Positions 14,501 to 27,980 of a stretch of 64,000 nt of DNA are shown here, piece after piece. The stretch's first letter is position 1, and each line of letters opens with the position of its first letter. The DNA is from Balanoglossus misakiensis (lineage: Eukaryota; Animalia; Hemichordata), in NCBI GenBank assembly GCA_040954595.2, contig CM082578.2, positions 18,432,728-18,496,727 on the forward strand, read 5' to 3'. Below the pieces are notes generated by a model. That model had not been told where the DNA came from. It ran no database searches and saw only the letters and a program-made list of their open reading frames with translations. The translations under genes were made by a program, and so were the position numbers.

Positions 14501-17500
14501 TCTCTCAACTATGTCATAAAAAGAAGAAATAAAACCTGGACATGTCAAGCAAAAACATCAACCATGAATAAAGACCTCCCCTGTTCAGAAACTCTCCAAG
14601 GTAACAAGTAGAAATGAATGTATGCCCACCAACCGATAAACAGCAGCTGAGAAACCAGCAGTGTATTTGAAATAAGCGGTGTAAAATAAAGAAAATATTG
14701 ATGGTGATGCAGTTGAGCATCTTTCAGGTCACCGCAGTTGGCCTCGATGAACATTTCATGCCCATCTGATATGTAGCAAGCTAACCAGTACTCCCAAGGT
14801 GCCCTCAATTTTCAACTCAGTTGTTCATTAACTACTGACTCTAGTCCAGAATGTGACTGGTCAAAGTGAATCCCCTCTGATAATTGTTGGAAAATGTTGT
14901 GCGTCTGTTTCTGTCTTTTAAAGTCATGAATAATTACCTGCATGATTTGTCTGCTGAAGTAGAAAAATCACTAATCGTGGCAGCGACAAACAAGTTATTC
15001 GGAGACTGACCCATTTTTTCCCAGCCGACCTCACTAACCCTATGCATGCCTGGATATGTACATGTACCTGCTGATTTGGAACTCTCATCGATATCTGGAA
15101 ATGAACCAAAATGCAACTGTATTTCATTGTCAAACTTCTTCCCAAAATGCCATAAATCCACAGGCACAATGTTCAGGAAAAAATTATACCTTGAAATATT
15201 TCGTCTTCCCTGTTATACTGAGAAGTCTTTCACATGGTCTGCTAAAGCCATCAATTCTATTCCAGACACTACTCATATTTGCGTCATTATTATGCCAACA
15301 CGGGAGTCACAGTGCTCTTGACGCTATTTTTGTAGAGTATACATGTACATGCATAATGGATGTTTGATTATGTCAAATATCTGAAATGGGTGCCAAGCCG
15401 TTGCAAAATATAAAAAGTTATTTGAACCAAAATTTATTACTCGAACACTAAATTCTCCGAAGCACACAAGGTACCGACAGAAGGACTCTCCTTCATGACA
15501 AATTTATGAAATTCGTGTTTGTCAGGGTTTCATCCAGCGAGAAAATCAGTAAACGGTGTCGTTTTGGTGATAATGAAAAAGCTTTTAGATTGGCGATATA
15601 AAAATGCGTGACATCACAGTTGTGATATGTAAAAGCGGTTCATACAAGGGGTCGTCGGGGAAGATGAGAATTCCAGCACCATTGCAGTGGACGGGAGGTG
15701 AAACCCCCAGAGGGAAATTGAAAGCGTTCTGTTTTAAAACCATTTCAGTGCAGATTAATGTGGTGAATTACGAGTCTTTTTAGACGATCTGCACGTACAG
15801 ACCAGGCAGACAGTAGACGAGGCAACCCGTGTTGTGCTGGCAGTGGGAGACAAATACCTTGAGTGATGTCTGCAGTGGATTGCAGGAGACAGTTCATGAG
15901 TCTATTTTTACCTGCACCCCGATTTAAGATTAGAATGTAGTGGCTATATTGTTAGTCAGTAGAGCATGGTGTGAGATGTCAGAAGCCAGGTGCTGAGACA
16001 GATACATGTAAGCTGGAATGTGGAGGGTTTCTCACGCAATCTGAACACAGATCATTTTCATTTCTGTGCTGTGTTGAAGGAAATGTAATTCTTATATTGT
16101 ATTGTCTAGAGTGACTGGGATATGTGCTCATTATCTCTCTCCGTACTGCCCACTTCACCTCCAAATTTGACTTTGCATGCATTATTTCTACATACATGTG
16201 CTTGTTGGATGTTTTCCCTGTTAACGGATATAAGGCACTATGTTGTTGTTTTTTCTCATATCACAAACCTGTGTTGTTTTTCCTCATATCACAAACCTGT
16301 GTTGACTATTGTCAAACCTGACTTGACATTGAAGCCTTGCATAAAAAAATATTGTCGCAAATGATTTTTCTATCCAATGAAACAAGATTAATTTATTCAG
16401 AGGAGGAAAATTTGGATGGATTCTTTCATTCAAATTGTGAATGTGATCATCTGAATGTGTGCACACATTAGTCTGTAACTACTGTACATGGCCTTGTGGT
16501 TTTAGAGAAGTTCAAGAGCAGGTTATTAGGATGTCAGAACTGATGTAAGACTCATTCTGTCCATGCTCATCTAAACACTGATGCGCATGCCTGTTATGTC
16601 AGTGTTTCGGTCATTATGTAAGGTTTCAATTCAGACGGTAGCACTTTTTCCTCACAGATGTCAAAGTACACTGCAGTGTGACTTCAAGGGCGTTGACTTT
16701 ACTCCCTGGCACAGATCAGCGGCACAGCCCTGGAAATTATGATTTGTGCGTATAAATTTCATGCAATATTCCACTTAACTCGTATCCACAAACATGTATG
16801 GTTGATTGACTCAGCAAGGTCCAAAAATATATAATTTTATTATCCATGCAAAAGTGGAAGTCAATTTAAAACATTTGGCATGGAGCAGCAAAGATCACAC
16901 AGTTAGTGATATTGGATGCTTGAAAAGTCAAAGAAATGCGATAAAACAGTCAGGTGTTACTAGTATTAGATGACTTCTTGATCTCAGCAATCCAGACTTG
17001 TGGCAACGTAACAGATCATACACAACAATCTGATGTCCCAAATCAATCTGTAGTAATCAATGATAGCCAGTCATGTTTAACTCTGGTAATTAGTCATATC
17101 GCCCTGATATTTATAATGAATACTTGCATATAAGGTGTACCAACCAGTGTTCACTCCTCGATGATTCAAACTGTCCGTGGCACCTTAATTGACGGTCCAA
17201 GCACCTTAACTTGTCAGAATTTAATGTCATATAATAACATTATTATTATTATTATTATTATTGGAGAGTAAAAAGTCTCTGTGCATGTTTTCATTTTTTG
17301 TGACATTTCCCCTTTTTTTCCAGATGCAAAGAATGCTGATGGAGAAGCTGAGAGCAAAATGTTGGACGGAAAAACCGATGGTGCTGTGGATGATACCAAG
17401 AAGGATAGTGACTCTGAGTCTGAGGAGGATTCTGAAGGGAAAAAAGCCAAAATTAAAATGCCTTCCTTCCCCAAAAAGGATCAGTCTGTTTTGCAACTGA

Positions 17501-20500
17501 AGCTGACCAAGCTAGCCATCCAGATAGGATATGCAGGTTTGTTTAATTCCAGTATCCTTTATTTGTGATCGTAAAGTGTTACTGGTGGTATCTGTTTATT
17601 TGCCCCTGGAAAATCCATAAAAGGTCTTCAAGTGTATACATGTATTCATGTCCTTGAAACTTCTGGAGTATTACAATGTTTAATCATTCCTGATACAGCA
17701 AATTCACTAAGTTATCATATGTTTTCAGGCAAAAATTCCTTGTATCTGATTTTATCTTCAAAAGACTATTATCTATAATCAATGTTTCTGCCCACAGGTT
17801 CAGGGATTGCTGTGCTGACCATCATTGTGCTGGTGTTACGGTTCTGCATTGAAACCTTCGCCATCGAGGGCAAGTCCTGGAGCAACACGTACTGGTCCGA
17901 TTTTATAGACTTTTTCATCATCGGTGTAACAGTGTTGGTTGTAGCTGTACCCGAAGGCCTACCGCTGGCTGTGACCCTTTCTCTGGCATACTCTGTCACA
18001 GTGAGTATCTGTAGCAGTCTATCAGTAGAGTTGCTCGCCTTTCTCATCATGTAATGTCAGTGTCTGAGGATATCCAGGATTTTTGCCTCGTCTGTCAAAA
18101 ACAAATTAGACCCCAGTTGCTGATTTGGAATTTTGAGATCCATAAGCTATAATTTAAAGCCAAAGGTTACAGCTAATGTCCCTTTAATTAAAGTAATAGA
18201 ATGGTGCAATAACAATTTTCCAGTCTCTACTTGTAACCAGTTGAATGTGTGTTGTCCAGGTCCAGTCAAAATGTCTTCAAAATCACCAAGAAACATGTAC
18301 CATTTTTAAACCTCTGACTGAAAACATAAATTTTGGGCACTTGTTTTTTTGGTGTTTTTTCCCTTGTGGTTGCTAATATTCACTTTCAACCACATTTTCC
18401 CTGTTTATGCTTTGACAGAAAATGACCAAGGACAACAACTTAGTGCGGCATTTGGATGCTTGTGAGACCATGGGCAATGCCACGGCCATCTGCTCTGACA
18501 AGACAGGCACACTGACAACAAACAGGATGACGGTGGTGCAGGCCTACATTGGTGGAACCCACTTCAAAGAAATCCCTAAACGCGATGTCATCCACGAGAA
18601 AATTCGCGATCTCCTCCATCATTCAATCTCAATAAATAGCAATTACTCCTCCAAAGTTGTGGTAAGCAAAATTGTAATGTTTGTGGTGGTTGCCGGTGAT
18701 GTTTGTTGGTCACACACATATTGTGTTTGGGAAGCGAGTTCTTATTTTGGAAAGTCACCCTGTCTCCACTTCTGATGCTGTAGGATGGATTAAGATTGGG
18801 CATGGCTGCAGTTTTACCAGAACAAAACGGCATCTAATGAATGGTGTCCTCCACAGGTGTTATGCTTGTTCTGCGGAATATTTAAACTGTAATCATGCCT
18901 TTGATTGTGCCAGCAGCCAGTACTAAGGCTTGTTCTTCTCCGACTGCAATCACACTGACAATGTTGGATCAGCACATTTCAAGTGTGATCAGGGAAAATA
19001 TGTTTTTGATGTTTGCTCAAACTTTTTCCTCTATTTTTTACCTGTGTATCTTAGCCAATAGAACAAGAAGGGGAGCTTCCAAAGCAAATAGGCAACAAGA
19101 CAGAGTGTGCTTTGCTGGGACTCTTGCAAGAACTAGACTATGATTACCAGGTTGTTCGTGATGAGTGGCCTGAGGAGTCATTCCATCATGTGTACACATT
19201 CAACTCCATGCGCAAGTCGATGAGTACAGTCATACCCCTTCCGAATGGAGGGTTTCGACTTTTCAGTAAAGGTGCTTCTGAAATCATGCTCAAAAAGTAA
19301 GTGGCAGCCAGATTTCCTATCTTGTTGAGACATGTCAACATTGTTGCATTGCCTCTGGTTCTGACAGAGAGCGGTCCCTCATGAAATTGACCAGCAATTC
19401 TGGAATACACTTTTGTATGACATCCAAAATCCCTAATAGATATTCAAAAGTACAAAAAAGTGCTGTAAAACGGTTGGTGATGCATCAGTGTACACAATTT
19501 ATATGTAGCTGTGTGACTGTTATCCAGTCGTGTGACTGTGTTCTGCAAATTTCAACCTAGGTGTACGCTGATCCTGGATGCTGATGGCCACCCACAACCT
19601 TTCCTTCACACCGACAAAGAAGATGCCACGCGAAATGTGATTGAACCCATGGCTTCGCATGGACTGAGAACGCTGACCATCGCCTACCGGGACTTTATGG
19701 ATGACGAACCGGACTGGGACGAGGAGCACATTGTTGTCTCCAAACTCACCTGTATCGCTATTGTGGGTATTGAGGACCCTGTCAGACCAGAGGTATGGGG
19801 TGTCACTTTACTCTTCTTCTCTTTGGCTGGTCACAAGCATTGCATAGAAACTCTATACAAGAAAGTTGTGCCATGATCATTCCATACTCTTATTCAAGTG
19901 TATCATTTAAATTTATGAACGCCGTCACCTAACATTCAGATGTGCACTCTGTACATTGACATGAAGTTCATTTAATTATTTTAGAAAGTGACCAACAATA
20001 CCTGAACTCACAGGAATTGATTTATCTGACATGTTTGCATTGTTAATTTCCTGAGAGTGAGTCGGATTTAAAATGCTCCAGGTGTTCATTTAAACCTCGC
20101 GCAATTACCCTCATTGTTTTTATGATTAATAATTTGAGCCAAACAAAAGAAGATAGGCTGGAAGGGCAAAGTTCGGCATTATCATTTTTTATCACATTTC
20201 ACTGGTTGCCTTCATTTTGTTCTGTCGGCTCACACAATATGTCTTTGTTCATCTCCTCCATATCGTCTGTATGCAAAAGTTGTGCGTGTGTGTGTGTGTG
20301 TCATGCGTGATTGGGATATGTGTCTGTATAATTTTGTTTGCGTGTTTGACCTGTCAGTGATTGTGTGTGTGGGAATATGAGTGCATCTGTCTGTCTGGCT
20401 GTGTCTTTTGTGTTTGGCATCTTCGTCTCTGTGTCATGCGGCTACGCCTGTGACTTTTTTTCTCTCCATCTGTGTGTGTGTGGCTATCTGTCATACCCAT

Positions 20501-23500
20501 TTCTTCTTGCTAGTTCATTCTTTGATCAGGCATGCATTGTGTTTATGCACACAACACCACAGTCAGACGTTTTGATTGTAGTTAAAAGGGTACATTAAAG
20601 TAAGTACGTCCAAATCCAAGTGTCATCCATCCAACCCAGCTTGATACCCAGGTATGGAACAATTCTACCTATCTAGTGTGTAAAAGACAACACAACAGTA
20701 CCCCCCTCCCTCCAAAAGAAAGCGTACAGTCAACCAACCCAGCACCCTTTCTGTTTAGTTGATCTCCAGTGTTGTCCCGTAATTGAACCGTGAGAATGAA
20801 CCCTCCCTCCCCTTGTCACGGAATACAACCTTGACGATTCACTCACCGAACACCTGTAGAATCCAACCCCACAGTGTCTGTCTGTCCATGCCCCAGTCTG
20901 TCACTTCTACCCACACTGCTTGTGTAGATCTCTACTCTTGCATTCACACTAACACGTTAACAGTAGCTGTAGTTGGTGTATACCTCTCTTTGCATTGATC
21001 GTGACTTGTGTTTCGTGGTTGATGTTGTACTTTGACCTTTGATGTCAAGGTCAAGGTCAAACCAGGTGTGTGAAACAGTCACTTGTGAAAGTATCCATGT
21101 CAGTGGTCAGTAGTCCACTGACTAATGACAAAAATACACACGCTCTAACTCTGCCTGCTGAATGACATCTAAAAAGTTAGCCTGGTGCGAGGTGCAACAT
21201 TTGAACCCTTTGAACCCAACTCGGACAAAAACTGCCGAATGACACCAGTGTCAGATTTGAATGGTTACGAACTTGATAACGCAAATTCATTGTCTTTAAA
21301 AAAATTACCTGTAATTTACATGAATATTTACAAAAAACTATGATGCAAGAGAATTGTCTTTTCATTTTGCAAGTCAAGTGCCTCATTTTAAATAGTATGC
21401 TAAATAGTAAATCTTTGCACCATGTAATGGCAGATATAGCCCGGAAACCAGGGCGTCGAAAAGAAACGCCCGGTGACAGTCTCTATTGACACACAGAATT
21501 CTGTGCGCAGAACGACACGGGTGGTAAATCTTGCGTGTAAGCTAATTGGTCACTCAATGTAAACCAAATGACATCATCACATTCTAAATAAGGAAATAGA
21601 GGTGGAGTCAAAGCACCCTATGTGTGAAATTCCCGCGACGGGATGTGGGAGTGGTTTTGAAGGTGTATGAATATTCATACCCAAGCTTTGTTAATTATAT
21701 CATCCAACCACTGGCGCCCGTCAACATTTGATAGATCACTCGTTATCCATTCGTTACTAAGCGACCCTGATCGTTGCCGGGGCTACTATCTTTCAGCTCA
21801 GCTGGACATTACTAGACTGTCCCCCGGCGTTGTATTCTAGATCGACGCCCTGGTCTCCGGGCTATGGCAGATAAATCTCACTGTAATTTGGGTATTTAGT
21901 TACCACATTCAGTATCAGGTCACATGACTAGCAATTATGCAGCTTTCCCCGTGTGCAAACTGGGCCCTGAGAATATACACCCATCTGGCTTGGCATGCAG
22001 GAAAGTGAACTGAATCATGTGAAGGTTCTGTCTGTATGCACCTGCTATAATTTTTTGTATTAAAAAAAATAGGCTAGCTTGACACATGGTGTGATTTGCC
22101 GCCATTTTTATACCCCCTTTGCAATCATCCCAAATCTGAATAATAATAATGTTTGGCAGTGTTTCCTTCAAATTCTTACAAGTTTGTTCAGGTAGATAAT
22201 GTAAAACTAGGGAGCTAAAATGTACTTGTACAATGTTGAAAGTTTGCAGAGAATCTGACTCCTGTGTCGTATCGCAATGGTTCAAAACAAATCCCAAATG
22301 AAAGGAGTCTTGGTCGAGAAATATGACTGGAGTGACTATTTGTGTCTGTAGGTTCCCGACTCCATCAGGAAGTGTCAACGTGCCGGAATTACAGTGCGTA
22401 TGGTAACTGGAGACAACATCAACACGGCCAGATCCATTTCCACCAAATGTGGCATCTTACGTCCAAATGAAGATTTCCTCATTCTGGAAGGAAAGGAATT
22501 CAACAGGCGAATCAGGGATAAATACGGAATTGTAAGTCTGTTATAACGATTCTAGTTCTTCTTCTTGGATGAACGTTTAGTGTTTTAGTTAATTTCTTAG
22601 TTGTTTGGGGGCCCAGTACCAAGTTTAATCCAGTGGTCTAGTCATCTAATGACCCCAGTTGTCCTGCCGTCAGATTTGACTGCTCTGAAGTTGTGCAATG
22701 TCATCGTCTTAAAAATGTAGACATTCATGCAGATGTACCAAAAACCTGTCAATTGTATTTACACATCTTTTTTGTTTTCTCCACTCCAGATTCAGCAAGA
22801 ACTGATCGATAAAATCTGGCCCAGATTACGAGTTCTTGCCAGATCCTCACCAACTGACAAGCACACACTGGTCAAAGGGATCATAGACAGCAGAGTGAAC
22901 GTCCACCGCGAAGTGGTTGCAGTCACAGGTGATGGTACGAATGATGGACCTGCACTGAAAAAAGCCGATGTGGGTTTTGCCATGGTGAGTAGCCAAGCCA
23001 CCCACAGTGCAGACTCAAATTTAATATTGGTGAGACTGCTGCGATGTCCCTATGCTTTCGGTCCGTTCACCCCCTCCCCTGCGCCAATGAATAAAATGTC
23101 TTCTCTGGTGTTGACAGGGTATTGCGGGCACAGATGTGGCCAAAGAGGCGTCTGACATCATCCTGACAGACGACAACTTTACCAGTATCGTCAAAGCAGT
23201 CATGTGGGGTCGCAATGTTTACGATAGTATTGCCAAGTTTCTTCAGTTCCAGTTGACGGTCAACGTGGTAGCTGTAACATTGGCTTTTATTGGTGCTTGT
23301 ACAATTGAGGTAAGGAATTCTGCATTGAACAATGGTAAATCTTGCATCTGTGGTGAAGATAGCATAGTCTTTGATTGACAAGAAAATTGTGACACACCAG
23401 GCAAACCATGTCACTTGAGATACAAACAGCATATACATGTATATTGATAATTCAAGATCTGAATTCATTGATTTGATATTCTTATCTCATAAGGAAAACA

Positions 23501-26500
23501 TTGACAAATGATCTCACAAGTGATGCTGAGCAGAGTATGCATACATTCATTATTTTGGTGAGTATACTGGTCGGACATGTATAACTTTACAATGATTTCT
23601 TCATCGCTTATGCTTACAGAATAGTCCATTGAAGGCTGTTCAAATGTTGTGGGTTAATCTTATTATGGACACGTTTGCATCATTGGCATTGGCAACTGAG
23701 CCTCCCACGGAAGATTTACTGCTACGCAAACCCTATGGTCGGACATCACCATTGATATCGCAGACAATGATGAAGAACATATTGGGACACTCGGTCTATC
23801 AGCTTACAATTATGTTCAGTATACTGTATGCAGGTGAGCAACCATTTTGTTTCTATTAAGCTGTTGACATTTTCTTTCCATTCTGTCTCTCCACTAGTTC
23901 ACAACCTGATCTATTATTTCAGTGATGTTATTGTTTTTGCTTTCTCTACGTATACCAGATATCTGTATAACAGCACTTACACTGAAAGCTCACAGTCATT
24001 CTATTTACTACATTTTCAGAAAAAGTTGCAAAATTTTCATTTATCCTTGGATACCGAGACAATCTTCCATATGTATTGGTTGTCTATATGATGAGTTGTT
24101 CTTTCTGGCGAGAAAGGTTTTCCACATATTAGTTGCAAACCTCGGGACCAGTGAACCCTTTCCCTATACCCGTGTGTAACTAATTATTTTTTAAAACGTC
24201 TACCATTACCACAGCAGCATAATGCAGTTACAATGACTGCCTTTCAATTTTTTTGCTGACTCTTTGTCTTCTCTCTCCCTTCTTTACAGGTCCAGTTCTC
24301 TTCGACATTGACAGTGGAATTGGTGTAAAACATCCAACAGTTCATTTTACTCTAATTTTTAATGCTTTTGTAATGATGCAACTATTTAATGAGGTCAATT
24401 CCCGGAAGATCCATGACGAGAGGAACGTGTTTGTAGGAATGCACAGAAATCCAATATTCATCGTAATTCTAGTTGGTACATTTGCAGCCCAGGTAAGGAA
24501 GATCTTTCATCTATTTTGTCCCCGGGACAAAGGTGGTCTTGTGTCTACAGGATTATGGTTGCATTTTCCACAAGGTTTAATAGCCATAACGCCAAAGTGA
24601 CCGTGGCAGTAAATATGAAAGCGCAGCTGGGTGGATGGATGGAACATGAGGGACGTTATTCAAATTAAAGGTTGAGCAATTTTGATGACCTGTGTGCCAA
24701 GTTTTAGTTCAGATGTCAACTGCAGCAGGGATCTTTTGTAGGAGAAACTGGGAACAGTCCCGGCCCAATCTGATTAAAATCAGATGTAGGGAACGGCGAC
24801 GTGGTTTTTTTATGCTGTCGCCTCACACTACATCTGACCAACTCTCAATGGAGATCTCGCTGAACTCTACGAGAATTAGTGGGAATCTAATCCAATCAGA
24901 AGGCGCCTTATAGCAAATGATAGGCAACCCACAATCACATGACCTGGCCCCTTGCGGTTGTTACAATGGAGCTACCACAGACATATATCCCGGGTGCGAG
25001 AGTCGAATCAGCGTGGGGAATGGTTTCGAGCCAGTTCAGCGTGACGACTGAACCTCTATATTCCACCGGTCAACGAAATGTATAAGACGTGGCAACAAGT
25101 CGCAGTAAAATTGTTAGAGAATCGATTACATTTGTGTAAGGCCGTCCCAGGGAGAGATTCTGTCGCCACGATCGTTTGTATACACGAGAGTGCACTGACT
25201 TGACTAGCTCTGCGTGCAGGTCTGTGTGTTCCCGGCGTTACACGGATGTTAGAAGAAGTTAATCGCATCATATTTGGGGTCGGTTGAAGTAGACAGGGAA
25301 AGGATTTTGCTTCGATAAAATCGAATTTCGACAGAAAAAGCTGCGGTCGGGCGTCCGGGTCCGGACCGCAGACGCACCAGTTTTGTCTATGGATAGTATG
25401 GGGCCTTATACAGGGCTGTGGTGCATCGGGAACACACAGACCTGAAGGCGGAGCTATGACTTGACATTCCTTAGCCGACGTTAGCGTTCTTTTTAAAAAT
25501 CTGTCACATAAATTGTTTTGGGATACATGGCAGTGAAATTTGGTTTATTTTTTATAAACTTTTACATGAAGTACGTCGTTTTCCCGACTGGCAGCATGAC
25601 TACGAGGGCGAACATGACTTGTTAGGAGAGTTCATGAATGATCAACGACAGTTCATCATTTGTATATGGCTACAGCTCGACGTTTCACTGGTCTGCGAAG
25701 ACCACTCGCATACGATGACGCCAAACAAAGAAAGATACCATGGGATTACATGTAATTGTTCACAAGAGAAAGCCAATCTTTCGTATTCTGTGCGATACTC
25801 GAAGTCAACAACAACATTTCTCCCATCTCCCAGTGCAATTCTTTAGTCGGCATAACACGCAATCTGATTGGCCGGGTCGGAACGCGAGAGTTCAGCGGGA
25901 TCTCCATTGAGAGTTGGTCAGATGTAGTGTGAGGCGACAGCATAAAAAAACCATGTCGCCGTTCCCTACATCTGATTTTAATCAGATTGGTCCCGGCCCA
26001 GACAAAGATGGCCAGCTGAGAAGAGGTTGGGTCGCAGATTGTTGTCGTGTGGTTTCTCTCAACCAAAGTACACTCCTTGCCATAGCTATAATTACCCCCT
26101 CCCTCCACGTGATATGATCACAAACCCTGCACAACAGTCAAGATACAGACCGGCGGATCCTGACACTTTCATGTCAGTGAGGTGCTGTGTGGAGTATCCA
26201 TAGGTGATTGACTAGACTGCCCAGGTTCCTGTACATAGCATGCTTCTGTCTTCAACATGTACAAAATTGATATTATTTCACATTAAACTTCCAGTTGTTT
26301 TCTTTTCCCCCGTCTCAGTAGCTGCTTTGAGCAAAATATCATGCTGTAATGTGTCACCCGAGTGGTAAACGTACCGTCTCATTACTACGCTGCGTTTTTT
26401 TGCATTGCTTCAGAACAGTGCAAACGAGAATGGTGTGGTTTATTGGATTGCATGGCTTTCTTTCTCTGCATGCTCCCTCTAAAATCCCATTACATTTTCA

Positions 26501-27980
26501 TCTTTTAAATTCCTTCAACTTTTTTTTGCATGTTTTCCCATAAGTCAACACCTGCACCTGATTTTTTGAGAGCTCAATTCTGTTGTGGTCAGACTTTTCC
26601 AGTAAAATGCTTTAAAGCCTGAAACCTAGTAGTCACTCGGTTAAAATAAATATGAGTTGCAAATATTTAATAACTCTTTAATATCCGGTAACTTTCGGTA
26701 AATACAACTTTTGTGTTGTGGATTTGATAATATTTTAACACTGTGGTATAATGTCTCTGTACAAAATACTTTGACAAATCAGAGTTGTGCCGCAGTACTT
26801 TGAAGCCAAGATTTGAGGGTAAGTTTGATAGAGATGCGTGTGAACCGTTGTGATGGGTCAGTTCCCTTTGTTCTGAGAATTGGCGCAACCTCCTAAGCTG
26901 TAAGACACCACACACACACACACACACACCTATTTTTCCACAGTTTGCTGTGTCTGTGATGGGTGCCTACAGCTTATCAGAGGTTCACTGGCTAATAAAG
27001 TGGCTGACATCATACAAGGGTACATCTGTATCTTCATCAAACTCAATGTCAAATGTTGGGGTCAAGTTCACTGTGACGTTATTAACGAGTGAGCAAGGGG
27101 GATTTGATGGGGAAATATTCACCACTTACACTCGTATCAGCTAAACTAACAATTATGTTGATATAGCTTTTATTAATTGTAAGTCTTTTTTGCCTCCTTC
27201 CCTGGCTCAGATCATCCTGGTGGAGTATGGTGACTTGGTGTTCTACACTGTTCCGCTGTCCATCGACCAATGGCTGTGGTGTATATTCCTGGGGGCCGGG
27301 GAGCTGCTCTGGGCCCAGCTGATGTGCACCATCCCGACCGACAAGCTGCCCCGCCTCTGCAGTTATGGAACCAGCGCGTCAGAGCAAGAAGTCCCAAGTA
27401 TTACCGAGGTGGACGACGGAGATCTCAACAGAGTGGAGATGAAGAGAGCCCAGATCCTCTGGATGAGAGGACTCACACGCTTGCAACAGCAGGTACGCCC
27501 CCATCTTCCTCCTGTTCCCCCAAAACACAGCTCTGTTCAACTCTTGGACTGATGATGGAGAACTGTATTCATTTATTACTTTTCCTGACTGTGATAAGAC
27601 ACCTTGCAATCTTGAAAAAAAAAAAACAAGTTAATGGCTAGGTTTGAGACAAATTTGGTTTTGTACAGCAGTTATATTTTTTTCTACAAAATTATTATAC
27701 TTACAAAGTTCAATCCAGAATGCACAATTAAAAGAAATGACAATAATTTCACATTTTTACTGATCATACATCCTTAACAGCGTCTTGTATTTTGTTATTT
27801 TTGTTGTTGCAGATACGTGTCGTGAACGCATTTCAGTCGGGGCTAGAGCGGATGTCTGACAAGAAGAGCGTCAACTCGGTGCATGAATTCATGTCCCACA
27901 TCACAAGCGACTCGTATCGATTGTCAAATAACCAAGACGAGGTTGACACCAACCTTCATAGTATTGAAACAACCGTCTAG
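11513..27980 (+). CDS. ATP2B: Plasma membrane calcium-transporting ATPase (PMCA, P2B-type), 17 coding exons, ~1142 aa
   Basis: Exons: 11513-11675, 12507-12701, 13113-13346, 13769-13894, 14304-14447, 17324-17536, 17798-18000, 18419-18661, 19055-19296, 19561-19792, 22352-22531, 22790-22984, 23118-23309, 23620-23833, 24290-24492, 27211-27492, 27813-27980. All introns are GT-AG and phase-compatible. Motifs seen: [30 protein letters not shown] (phospho-Asp), [34 protein letters not shown], calmodulin-binding [22 protein letters not shown]-terminal ETTV. Confidence 0.97.
17239..17262. repeat. (ATT)8 microsatellite
   Basis: Read directly from the sequence. Confidence 0.9.
21437..21864. mobile_element. 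428-bp MITE, TAGC...GCTA termini, 9-bp TSD (AcademH-like by inference), in a PMCA intron
   Basis: TIRs are TAGCCCGGAAACCAGGGCGTCGA and TCGACGCCCTGGTCTCCGGGCTA (22/23 match). TSD TGGCAGATA at 21428-21436 and 21865-21873. Confidence 0.9.
24766..25989. mobile_element. 1224-bp non-autonomous DNA transposon with 103-bp TIRs and 9-bp TSD, in a PMCA intron
   Basis: Near-perfect inverted repeats at 24766-24868 and 25887-25989 begin CAATCTGATTAAAATCAGATGTAGGG. TSD GTCCCGGCC at 24757-24765 and 25990-25998. No recognisable ORF. Confidence 0.92.
25205..25456. mobile_element. 252-bp MITE nested inside the 24766-25989 element
   Basis: 30-bp TIRs TAGCTCTGCGTGCAGGTCTGTGTGTTCCCG and CGGGAACACACAGACCTGAAGGCGGAGCTA (27/30 match). 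TSD TGACTTGAC at 25196-25204 and 25457-25465. Confidence 0.85.
26907..26928. repeat. (CA)n microsatellite
   Basis: Read directly from the sequence. Confidence 0.85.

Noticed and set aside
24692-26117. Two ORFs sharing [11 protein letters not shown]...[15 protein letters not shown]
   Set aside because: These are translations of the two TIRs of a non-coding element.
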